Assembly: GCF_001194135.2 (NCBI RefSeq)
Contig: NC_069002.1
Coordinates: 29,977,572 to 30,027,248, forward strand
Reading direction: 5' to 3'
Origin: Octopus bimaculoides
Taxonomy: Eukaryota
DNA: 49,677 nt
Part shown: positions 37,380-48,354 of the stretch, piece after piece
How positions within the stretch are numbered: position 1 is the stretch's first letter
Layout of the letters: each line of letters starts with the position of its first letter
The notes under the pieces: generated by a model
The model's input: the letters and a program-made list of their open reading frames with translations, nothing else
Database searches by the model: none
What the model was told of the DNA's origin: nothing
Translations under genes and position numbers: made by a program

Positions 37380-37514
37380 TCCTGAGTACAATATTATTCG
37401 TCATACATTATAACAGGACCTAAAACTTAGTGAATGTAAGAGAAACTACTTAAACATGAGCCCGTGCTACATACACTGCAAAAAACCTCAATCAGAAAAG
37501 ATGATAATACATAC

Positions 37515-38328
37515 TAAGATGTGATGACTTCCTCACGCCTTTCTTCCGGTAGGTATTCAAGTTCTCTTTGACCGTCGACAGGGCAGGAAGGAAAACGGGA
37601 AATCGCTTTTTCTTCGGGGAGCTAACTTGAACACTTTCATTTTGATTATTTCTTGCTTTTCTTTGACGTTGAGAAATCGAAGAGATTTTCGGAAAATATC
37701 GAGCGGTTCTGTTTTTCGTGTTGCTTTTCTCCAGCGTCCTATTTTTATTCGTTTTAGTCTTGCTTCGTTTCCTACTTTTCGAAGTTGACGAAAATGTCGG
37801 TGATGAAGACGGAGATACTATTTTCACATAGATATGCTTCCTGAGTTCCTGGTTTCTATCATGTATTGAAAGTGCCAAAGGTAAAGGAGATGCTGGTCCT
37901 AAAGAAGAATAATAATGAATATTTCGCTCCTCTACACGTCTGTGATTGTTCCTGTGGTGTTTCTTACTAACTTTGCTATCGTTTACATTAGCTGAATAAG
38001 CGTCGCTTTCTTTAAACTTTCCTGGTGATATATTCGGCCCATACGAAGACGGAGCTGTCTTGAAGTGCCCATCAGAAGGATATACAGACGAAGCGGGATG
38101 TGGTCTTAACAATGCTCGCGTAGCTAATCCTTCAGTTGGGTTCTTACTGTGAGGACGGGCATGGACTGGATTATAGTCAAAGAAGAGCTGACTGTCCAGA
38201 AGTGTTTGCCATGTAAAACTCGGTTCATTTTTCACTGTCATTTCCTTACTTTTTATCGTGGCGTTGTTGAATGTAACTATGTATTCGTACTTCAGCTGAA
38301 TATCTGTGTTCTTCTTTGACGTGAAACC
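37515..38328 (-). CDS. ADAMTSL2: ADAMTSL2-like large exon: end of spacer domain plus long basic linker (phase 0 to 1, 814 nt)
   Basis: On -: tatttccAG|GGT TTC at 38328, donor ctt a|GTATGT at 37514. 271 stop-free codons in non-repetitive DNA, starting GFTSKKNTDIQLKYEYIVTF (spacer-terminal YEY motif) and ending RKKGVRKSSHL. Overlaps track ORF 37492..38241. Confidence 0.85.
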
Positions 38329-38334
38329 CTGGAA

Positions 38335-38338
<4 letters not shown>

Positions 38339-38408
<70 letters not shown>
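38339..38408. repeat. (AAT)~23 microsatellite abutting the splice acceptor of the large exon
   Basis: Ends about 8 nt upstream of the AG at 38330-38329 on the - strand. Confidence 0.95.
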
Positions 38409-38409
<1 letters not shown>

Positions 38410-38538
38410 CCGGGCTTCTTTTCAGTTTCCGTCTATCAAATACGCTCACAAGGCTCACTTCTGTTTTTTCTTCCTCCACTTCACTCTGTATTTCATATCT
38501 TCTTTATAATAACTATTGCTTAACCGTTTTCTCGCACC

Positions 38539-38586
38539 GTCTCTGATGAAGGGATATATAAAACATCCCGGAAACAGCTGTAAGAC
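38539..38586 (+). ncRNA. Minimal type I hammerhead ribozyme motif (Penelope-type)
   Basis: gtct CTGATGA a gggat-atataaaac-atccc g GAAA cagctg TA agac: stem I gtct/agac, stem II gggat/atccc, palindromic stem III cagctg, GUA cleavage triplet. Confidence 0.7.
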
Positions 38587-38665
38587 CTTCTCTTTATAAA
38601 TGTTCTGGAATCCTTCATAGCCTTGGATTTGATTTTTTATTTCATTCTGCTAATTATATATATAT

Positions 38666-38778
38666 ATATATTAATAATTTAGAGAACAACCACCAAGATG
38701 CAATCCAAACAATGATGGTGACTGATCTCCCTCATTGTTTGGATTGCATCTTGGTGGTTCTCTAAATTATTAATATAT
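38666..38778. repeat. Near-perfect 47-bp inverted repeat (16-nt loop)
   Basis: 38666-38715 and 38732-38778 are reverse complements except for a 3-nt aac insertion in the left arm. Confidence 0.9.
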
Positions 38779-39582
38779 TTTTCATTACAAAATTCAATTT
38801 GATATTATTAATTTGAATATCCTTGTAAGTTTAGATTTTGACATTCNNNNNNNNNNNNNNNNNNNNNNNNNNNNNNNNNNNNNNNNNNNNNNNNNNNNNN
38901 NNNNNNNNNNNNNNNNNNNNNNNNNNNNNNNNNNNNNNNNNNNNNNNNNNNNNNNNNNNNNNNNNNNNNNNNNNNNNNNNNNNNNNNNNNNNNNNNNNNN
39001 NNNNNNNNNNNNNNNNNNNNNNNNNNNNNNNNNNNNNNNNNNNNNNNNNNNNNNNNNNNNNNNNNNNNNNNNNNNNNNNNNNNNNNNNNNNNNNNNNNNN
39101 NNNNNNNNNNNNNNNNNNNNNNNNNNNNNNNNNNNNNNNNNNNNNNNNNNNNNNNNGGCTGTCTAAGCTCTTTGACATATATTTGTTTTTTATTTTCATA
39201 CTTACAAAAAAAAAAAAAATTCCAAAATCTACAAATTAATATTAATCCATTACTTCCCATAATTCTATTAACTGGAATTTTTTATGAAACTTTGATTTCT
39301 AGCATAAAACAGACTTAGAAACACGCTGGAATGATCAAAATAACATTTCAAAATAACATTTTAAATAGAAATAAGCGAGATATTGGGTGAAAAATTAGCA
39401 AACCTCATTTGAATATCAGAGAAATATACCTAGTAGATATAGCAAAAAGGTTAGATATGTGTAAATATTGACAGATAATTATGAAATTTGTAATTTTTAA
39501 GTGATCTCATATGAGATCACTGGTAGGTAATGGGTTAAAACAAACGAGAAAATAGGAAAATATTAAAAGGTTTCCGACTCAC

Positions 39583-39758
39583 AAGGACTACAAGGTCTCT
39601 GTCTATGGTTCCTTCCGCGTGAAGTGTCTCCAATCCTCTTGCTTTGTAGACAGAATGGTGATAATAGAAGATGGCACCAGACACCAGTTTGGTGACACTG
39701 GGAGACTTCTTGTTGGTATTACCATTCAATAAATACTCGCCTTCTTCACTGCGGAGTG
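39583..39758 (-). CDS. ADAMTSL2: ADAMTS spacer-domain exon (phase 1 to 0, 176 nt)
   Basis: On -: gattcAG|ca ctc cgc...gtc ctt|GTGAGT. (A)LRSEEGEYLLNGNTNKKSPSVTKLVSGAIFYYHHSVYKARGLETLHAEGTIDRDLVVL, typical spacer motifs (AL...GxYxLNG, ETLxAxG). Phase fits both neighbours. Confidence 0.9.
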
Positions 39759-40063
39759 CTGAATCAACGACAATAACAGTTACAACAACAAGAGCGAGAA
39801 CAATAACAACAAAACGATCAGAGAGTTGAGTAATGTATAGATATTTATAATATAAGGTGTGTGAGACTGGAGTGTACATGAGTGTGTGAGAGTGTCAGTG
39901 TGTGTATATATGTGTGCATATGTGTGTAATTGCATGAGTGTGTGAGAATGTGTCTATTTGTATATGTGAGTATATGTGTGTGTATTTGTCGCGGTGAGTG
40001 TGTGTGTGTGTGACTGTGTGTGAATCTGTGTGAATGAGTGCATGTGAGTGTGTGAGAGTGTGT

Positions 40064-40113
<50 letters not shown>

Positions 40114-40251
40114 ATATATGCATATATGCGTGTAGATGTGTGTAGATGTACGAGTGTGTGACAATGCGTATATAAGTTACTATGCGTATGATTGTGTGTG
40201 TGTGTATATATATATGTGTGTGTGTGTGTGAGTATACATATATGTGTGTGA

Positions 40252-40287
<36 letters not shown>

Positions 40288-41374
40288 GTGTGAGTGAGTG
40301 TGTGTGAGTGTGCATATGTGTGTATATATGTGAGCGTGTATATATGGGTACAAGTGTACGTCTGCGTGACAATGTGTGTGTTAGAATATCTGAGTATTTC
40401 TCTGTGTATTTGTCGTTGTGAGTGTATGTGGATATGGTTGCATGTGTATGTGTATGTGAGTTTCTTAATTTACGCAGAATACGTACATGTTTACACACCG
40501 CTATGAACTCCTAGTTCCTAAATTTAATGGGAAAAAAAGGGTGAGTCTGTTGGTGTAATAGTTCAGCACATTTACCGCGTATTAAATGTCCATTTTTTCC
40601 CCGTTAAGTGTTATATGCCCGAATATTAGATTATTTTCGATAATCAATATACAGTGAAGGCTTAAAATTATATCCATAATATATATATATGTATATGTAT
40701 ATGTATNNNNNNNNNNNNNNNNNNNNNNNNNNNNNNNNNNNNNNNNNNNNNNNNNNNNNNNNNNNNNNNNNNNNNNNNNNNNNNNNNNNNNNNNNNNNNN
40801 NNNNNNNNNNNNNNNNNNNNNNNNNNNNNNNNNNNNNNNNNNNNNNNNNNNNNNNNNNNNNNNNNNNNNNNNNNNNNNNNNNNNNNNNNNNNNNNNNNNN
40901 NNNNNNNNNNNNNNNNNNNNNNNNNNNNNNNNNNNNNNNNNNNNNNNNNNNNNNNNNNNNNNNNNNNNNNNNNNNNNNNNNNNNNNNNNNNNNNNNNNNN
41001 NNNNNNNNNNNNNNNNNNNNNNNNNNNNNNNNNNNNNNNNNNNNNNNNNNNNNNNNNNNNNNNNNNNNNNNNNNNNNNNNNNNNNNNNNNNNNNNNNNNN
41101 NNNNNNNNNNNNNNNNNNNNNNNNNNNNNNNNNNNNNNNNNNNNNNNNNNNNNNNNNNNNNNNNNNNNNNNNNNNNNNNNNNNNNNNNNNNNNNNNNNNN
41201 NNNNNNNNNNNNNNNNNNNNNNNNNNNNNNNNNNNNNNNNNNNNNNNNNNNNNNNNNNNNNNNNNNNNNNNNNNNNNNNNNNNNNNNNNNNNNNNNNNNN
41301 NNNNNNNNNNNNNNNNNNNNNNNNNNNNNNNNNNNNNNNNNNNNNNNNNNNNNNNNNNNNNNNNNNNNNNNNNT

Positions 41375-41680
41375 GGAGGCGCAATGGCTCGGTGGTTAAG
41401 GCAGCGGACTCGCAGTCGTAGGATCACCGTTTCGATTCCCAGATCGGACGTTGTGAGTGTTTATTGGGCGAACCGTTTCTTCCTGCTTCTATTGTACCTG
41501 TATTTCAAAAGGCCAGCCTTGTAACACTCTGCGTCGCGCTGAATCTCCCCGAGAACTACGTTAACGGTACACGTGTCTGTGGAGCGCTCAGCCACGTGCA
41601 TGTTAATTTCACGAGCAGGCTGTTCCGTTGATTGGATCAACTGGAATCCTCGCCGTCGTAACCGACGAAGTGCCAGTTAG
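41375..41680 (+). mobile_element. SINE family C with internal deletion
   Basis: Same head (ggaggcgcaatggctcggtggttaaggc) and tail (cacgagcaggctgttccgttg...cgacgaagtgcc) as the 36993 copy. Confidence 0.85.
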
Positions 41681-41979
41681 TGATCTATATTAACAAATAT
41701 ATACAGGGTGCGGAAGAAATAACGCCTTTTTGTATTTGAGTTTTCTAGATTCTAATTAAGTTTCTTTTTTTTTATTTCCTAATATTTCTGCGATGTTTAT
41801 TTTTTCTATTTCCTAATACTTCTTCGATGTTTATTATTCGGTTCTTTCAGTAATACAAAAAAATTGTGTTCATCTAAAAATTTACTTAATAAACATTTAT
41901 ATACTATAAAAGTTATTAAATGCAAAAAGGGTGTTACTTCTGTTGCACCCTGTATACAGGCGCAGGAATAGTTGTGTGG

Positions 41980-42205
41980 TTAGAGCTGGCAGAAACGTTA
42001 CCCCACCGGGCGAAATACTTAGCAGTATTTCGTCTGCCACTACGTTCTGAGTTCAAATTCCGCCGAGGTCGACTTTGCCTTTCATCCTTCCGGGGTCGAT
42101 AAATTAAATACCAGTTACGCACTAGGGTCGATGTAATCGACTTAATCCCGTTGTCTGTCCATATTTGTTCCCTCTGTTTAGCCCCTTGTGGGCAATAAAG
42201 AAATA
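41980..42205 (+). mobile_element. SINE family B, near full length
   Basis: gagctggcagaaacgtta...ctgagttcaaattccgccgaggtcgactttgcc...tgggcaataaagaaata. Confidence 0.85.
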
Positions 42206-42289
42206 AGAAGCCCCCTTCCCAACCACATAGTTCCAGGTTCAGTCCTACTGCGTGGTACCTTGGGTAATTGTCTACTACTGCTTTCTTTG

Positions 42290-42725
42290 CTTGAAAGTCT
42301 GGTATTTATTCTATCAGTCACTTTTGTCAAACCGCTAAGACATGGGGACGTAAACACGNNNNNNNNNNNNNNNNNNNNNNNNNNNNNNNNNNNNNNNNNN
42401 NNNNNNNNNNNNNNNNNNNNNNNNNNNNNNNNNNNNNNNNNNNNNNNNNNNNNNNNNNNNNNNNNNNNNNNNNNNNNNNNNNNNNNNNNNNNNNNNNNNN
42501 NNNNNNNNNNNNNNNNNNNNNNNNNNNNNNNNNNNNNNNNNNNNNNNNNNNNNNNNNNNNNNNNNNATATATATATATATACGACAGGCTTCTTTCAGTT
42601 TCTGTCAACCAGATACACCAACGAGGCTATAGTAGAAGACACTTACAGAAGATGCTACGCAGTGGAACTGAAACCGGAACCATGTGGTTGGGAAGCAAGC
42701 TTCTCACCACACAGCCACGCCTGCT
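42290..42725 (-). mobile_element. SINE family A, both halves across a gap
   Basis: 5' half at about 42575-42725 (gcgtggctgtgtggtgagaagcttgcttcccaaccacatgg) and 3' half at about 42290-42358, same orientation. Confidence 0.75.
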
Positions 42726-42985
42726 CCTATATATAAATACATAAAGTTTCAAGGAATATTTACACCGCGTTCGGCGACCGAGTTCTAATTTATATCTCAG
42801 TCAGACTCACAAAGCCAAATAAGTTTAACGACACAACCTTGCTCTACGGAGACTCTCGATCTTCTAGAAATAGCAGTCAATTCTTCATGTCCTACTGTAT
42901 CACATCTTAAAGAAGACAAATTAACTTCTCATCAACAGGAATTAATGAGAAGTAGTTAATTAAGAAAGTTAAGTTGAATATTTAC

Positions 42986-43066
42986 CTAGAATTATGTTGC
43001 CTTCTGCTCTAGCAAATATCTTGATTTTCCTTGCAAATTTTGGTAAACGAAGAAGTTCCTCGTAGC
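42986..43066 (-). CDS. ADAMTSL2: ADAMTS spacer-domain first exon (phase 1 to 1, 81 nt)
   Basis: On -: tattccAG|gc tac gag...att cta g|GTAAAT. (G)YEELLRLPKFARKIKIFARAEGNIIL(A), equivalent to the GY...IPxGAxxIxI...L|AL spacer start; the split codon g+ca gives Ala into the 39758 exon. Absent from the ORF track. Confidence 0.85.
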
Positions 43067-43387
43067 CTGGAATACGAAACATAAGAGGAATAAGTTAACA
43101 AATAGAAGCAAGTTGAGCTGAGGAGGTCATAAAAGAGATTTGAGGAATTGTTGATAAACTTCATTGGCAAACAACAAAATATTCACCGCTGATGGGATTT
43201 CTGTACCGTTAGTGGAGTAAAATATGTTGATATGACTGGGAGTTCGAATTTTTCACATTTCACTGCTTAACAGTTAGATGAACTGTTAAAAGCGAAAGTT
43301 AGTGTTCCAGTCTCGTCAATGGGGTGACGGTGGGGTGGGGGTAGGAGTGTGAGGATGTTGGATAGGGGTGTGGGTAGACAGACAGAC

Positions 43388-43454
<67 letters not shown>

Positions 43455-43529
43455 CAGACAAACAGACGTATGTATGTACTAATGTGCTGGAGGAATGTCT
43501 CAATGAAAACCTCAATAAAATTTAAATAC

Positions 43530-44115
43530 AATAGACCTGGTATAATGATTTGGGATAGAGAAGAGAAACTGTACAGTTGTGGAAATTAGCTGCCCAACGG
43601 ATGTTAACAAAGCTGAAGAGCAATGAAAAGGAGAATTCCTACGATGAACCATTGAGAAATTTGCAGGTACACTATCCAGATTACAAGTTCAGATTTATAT
43701 CTGTAATTATTGGGGGACTGGGGTGTGTAACACACTGCATAAATACCAACCTTGAGAAATTAGGCTTCTCAAAACCAGAAAGGAAAAAATCAAATCGAAG
43801 ACTACAGATCCAATCTATCACTGGAACTGTAAAAATCTGTAAAACTTTCCAGAAGTTTAGCCTTTAAGTATATATGAGCATATCTAGATATGCAATTATA
43901 TGCATGAGAATATATACATAAAGCAAAAGATACGAATCTGCCCATATACATACATACATATATACATACATACATACACACATACCCTATTGTTGATGTT
44001 GAAATTCCAATGAAGGAGCCTTGGATCTGGGTTAGAAACCGGCTCTTTCTCTATTGAGAAGAAATCTTGAAATAAAACTGAATAATACACACATACATAC
44101 ATACATACATACATA
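43530..44115 (+). mobile_element. 3' end of an RLE-type LINE with 3' UTR and (CATA)n tail
   Basis: ORF end YDEPLRNLQVHYPDYKFRFISVIIGGLGCVTHCINTNLEKLGFSKPE...LQIQSITGTVKICKTFQKFSL*, then a UTR with internal (CATA)n and a terminal (CATA)n. Homologous copies at 21920-22270, 22790-23035 and 24520-24960. Confidence 0.75.
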
Positions 44116-44580
44116 TAGACACGGTTTTTATTGATATCGGCAGAATATTCACACAGTTGTAATTTGCTCTTGTTTAAAATTCGACCCCTAATTTTAATAA
44201 AAATAAAATACCTGGAATTTTCTTTGCTTCACATCTTAACCCAGAGCCTATATTTTCAACCAAAAGCATATAATAATAATAGCAGACCAAATCTAATCCC
44301 CCCCCCCTTTTTTTTTTACCCCCTTATAAGTAAAACGCCATGGAGTTGAAGTATTTTGTCCAGAGTAATGTATTTTCATGCTTCCATATTCGATTTCTTT
44401 TAGAATAACTGCATTCTCGAAGGAACACAAAATTCTATTATTTACGAAAAATTATCTTTGCCTTAAGCAAGGTTTTATCCACTTACCGTCAACATTCCTT
44501 AAATATTATTTTGTTATCTTCAGTTTCAAACTGTGAATGTTTTCTATTATTATTATTACTATTATTATTGTTGTTGTTGG

Positions 44581-44645
<65 letters not shown>

Positions 44646-44964
44646 TTATTATTATTATTATTATCATCATTATCATCACCCTCATCATCATCATCATCGT
44701 CGTCATCATCATCATCATCATCATTTTTATTAACATCTTCTTTCAATGCTAGTTCCTTTTCTTTCCGAGTGTCTTCTTGACACCTAGGGCAAAGAAACGC
44801 ACCGTATACATTGGTAGGCCATTAAAATACGCACACCTGATTGTTCATTTACAAAGTCATGCGATAGAGAAAAAGGGGAAGAAAGACAGAGAAAAAAGAC
44901 AGAGAAAAAAGACAAAAATAAGAAAGAAAAAGCCATCAAATAAAATAAAGGGGGAAAAGGGAAA

Positions 44965-45372
44965 GAAAATTCACAGGGACAATGCTCTTCTCCATACGTG
45001 TGACCAGTTGCCAGTTAAGGCAATCTTTTGCACTTCCTGTATGGATGTTAAACCAGAGATCATTCTTAAATAATTTTCATTTCCTTTTTTTATCATACCA
45101 AGTGCTCCTACAATCACTGTTTTGTAACCGTCTTGAGATGCCACATCTTTTCGATTTCGATTAATAAATCTTTATATTTTCTGAGACTATCAAATTCTTT
45201 TACCGAGATATTACGGTCACTGGTTATACTCATGTCAATCAATAAACAGATTTTATTGTTTTGGTCTTTCACAACAATATCTGGTCTATTTGCCTTGATG
45301 GTCCGGTCTGTATATACTGGGAAGTCCCAAAGAATCTTTATATTTCCTCCTTCAGTTACAGCCTCAGGATGT
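44965..45372 (-). mobile_element. R4/Dong-like LINE 3' end (RLE domain)
   Basis: HPEAVTEGGNIKILWDFPVYTDRTIKANRPDIVVKDQNNKICLLIDMS...KYKDLLIEIEKMWHLKTV..VIVGALGMIKK...IQEVQKIAL. Confidence 0.85.
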
Positions 45373-45377
45373 ATTAC

Positions 45378-45428
<51 letters not shown>

Positions 45429-45887
45429 TGTTTCATTATCATCATCAACATCGTCATCATCATCATCGCTGATGTTTCTCTTGTCGAGGCTTTCTCTTTC
45501 TCTCTTTGTTTTCCTTCTTCTTCACATCATCTTTCACACATTCTGCAAACTGTTCCAACTTTCCGTCTTCCTCTTTGCTAAACTCCGCCGAGATCGAATT
45601 TAGTTAAGCATTCTTGGAGTATTGTTTGTCTTCTATATTAATGTGTGCGTGTGCGTGTGTGTGTGTGTGTGCGTACGTATGTGTATATATATATATATAT
45701 ATATACACATATATATACAAATAATATATATATTATTCGCATATACACATGAATACATATGTACATATACGTACACATATACTTAAATATATATATTATA
45801 TAGATATATTTAACACAAATGTTTTATATATATATATATAGGGGAAGAGAGAATTATGCAGATAATCAAATTGGGTTTTGATATACA

Positions 45888-45918
<31 letters not shown>

Positions 45919-46149
45919 TACCTGACAACAGAAGGAAATATATGCATTTGTATATGTATGTATGTATGTATGTATGTGTGTGTGTGTGTGTCTGTCTGTA
46001 TGAGTTAAAGGTTACGCAACCATTTAGGGATAATAAATATCCAATATACTACTAACTGAAAACCAGACACGTTGCCTCCTCTCACAACTTTACTTCTGAT
46101 TCACAACTCAAGGTTTCCACGAACTGCTGACTACAATAATGGTCAAAGC

Positions 46150-47080
46150 CTTCGTCCAGTTTAAGGGTTCCACTTACTAGAATATTTCTGTATTGCCGGT
46201 GGGGTCTAGTTTGTCAGGCTTACTGACCACCACATACATGGGTCAGTAAGAACACAGGGCACTCAACGCCCGTCACTTCTACTTCTTTTACACCATGTTT
46301 GTGGATGACATCCTTATATTAACATCAGTTTGCAACAAGGCATTTAAAATGTACAAAATGCTCGGCAATTTCGACGAGCATATAGAATTTGAAGTTGAGC
46401 TCTCCGATAACACTTGTTCCAAACCTCTGCTTGATTTCGAACTCAAAAATCATAGAGAATGGATCCATCTCCACCAACCTTTCCAGGAAAGCTTCATACA
46501 GGGGTTTATGTGAATATTACTGTTCCTCCCGACCCATCAGAGCCAAGACGACCGCCTTAAGAAATGAGATTCGCAGGAAACGCAGTAAATGCAGCGAGAG
46601 AGATGAAAAGTCTAACACCATACAGATCCCAAAAAACATCCTTATGGAGAACGTCTGTCTAGATTCTTCCAGGACATCATCAGACCACCAAACAAAACCC
46701 ACACGTCTCGGGATATCAAGCGTGTTCTTTTTTTATTAAACTGAGCAACAAATGACAAATCAATTATGGTAATCCACCAGGAAATTGAATATATTGTTGA
46801 CAAACCTTTCATTAGGAAGTTTTTAACTAAAAGTCGGTCAACACATAAGAACGCCAAATGCACATGGCCAAACTGTCAGATCAATAATCAGAACGTATGT
46901 CTGCAGTCCCACATGAGGTATAAAATCACAAGTAGTAAATGCGATGAAAGCTACGTTGGACAAATGCACATCAAGTAAGAACTCGACAAAGTAAGAACAC
47001 CACTGAGGCTTCTTTTGTCAAAAAACACCTATGTAAATGCTCAAGACATCCCGGTCTCCACCGATGTTGTGTAACGAAAC
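46150..47080 (+). mobile_element. Decayed Penelope-like element (RT plus GIY-YIG remnant)
   Basis: LPVGSSLSGLLTTTYM, MFVDDIL (YVDD motif), FDEHIEFEVE...PLLDF, and YKITSSKCDESYVGQ (GIY-YIG-like); many stops and frameshifts. Confidence 0.8.
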
Positions 47081-47424
47081 ATCGGGAACCTAAGAAAAAA
47101 GAAGCCATCATCATTAGCAAGACCGAGCCACATAATAACAACAGACCCAAGCCGCACGCAACTCATTGGCCGGTATAACAATGTTATTCTGCGCATACCA
47201 CGCACCCCTCTCACACACGTGCACGTGTGCACATGCACATGCTCCAGTGCAGAAAAGCTAGCTCGCAACGTCAAATCTCCGACTTACGTTTCCTGAAGAG
47301 AATTTTTTTAACTCCAAAATATCAGGTAAAAGTGCAAACTATTAAATTATCGTATTTACTTTCAGTTTACTGCTAGCCAACGCCAAAGACGTAAGAATCA
47401 TATTTCACACTGCTTCAACTAAAT

Positions 47425-48354
<930 letters not shown>

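Noticed and set aside
44211-44246. Candidate - strand micro-exon (G)SGLRCEAKKIP(G) upstream of the spacer
   Set aside because: Phase-compatible, but it lacks the GCD...CGxCxGDGSxC pattern expected for the cysteine-rich domain and has weak splice sites.
47288-47338. - strand AG...GTAAGT bounded 51-nt segment (FALLPDILELKKFSSGN)
   Set aside because: Wrong phase and no similarity to ADAMTS domains.
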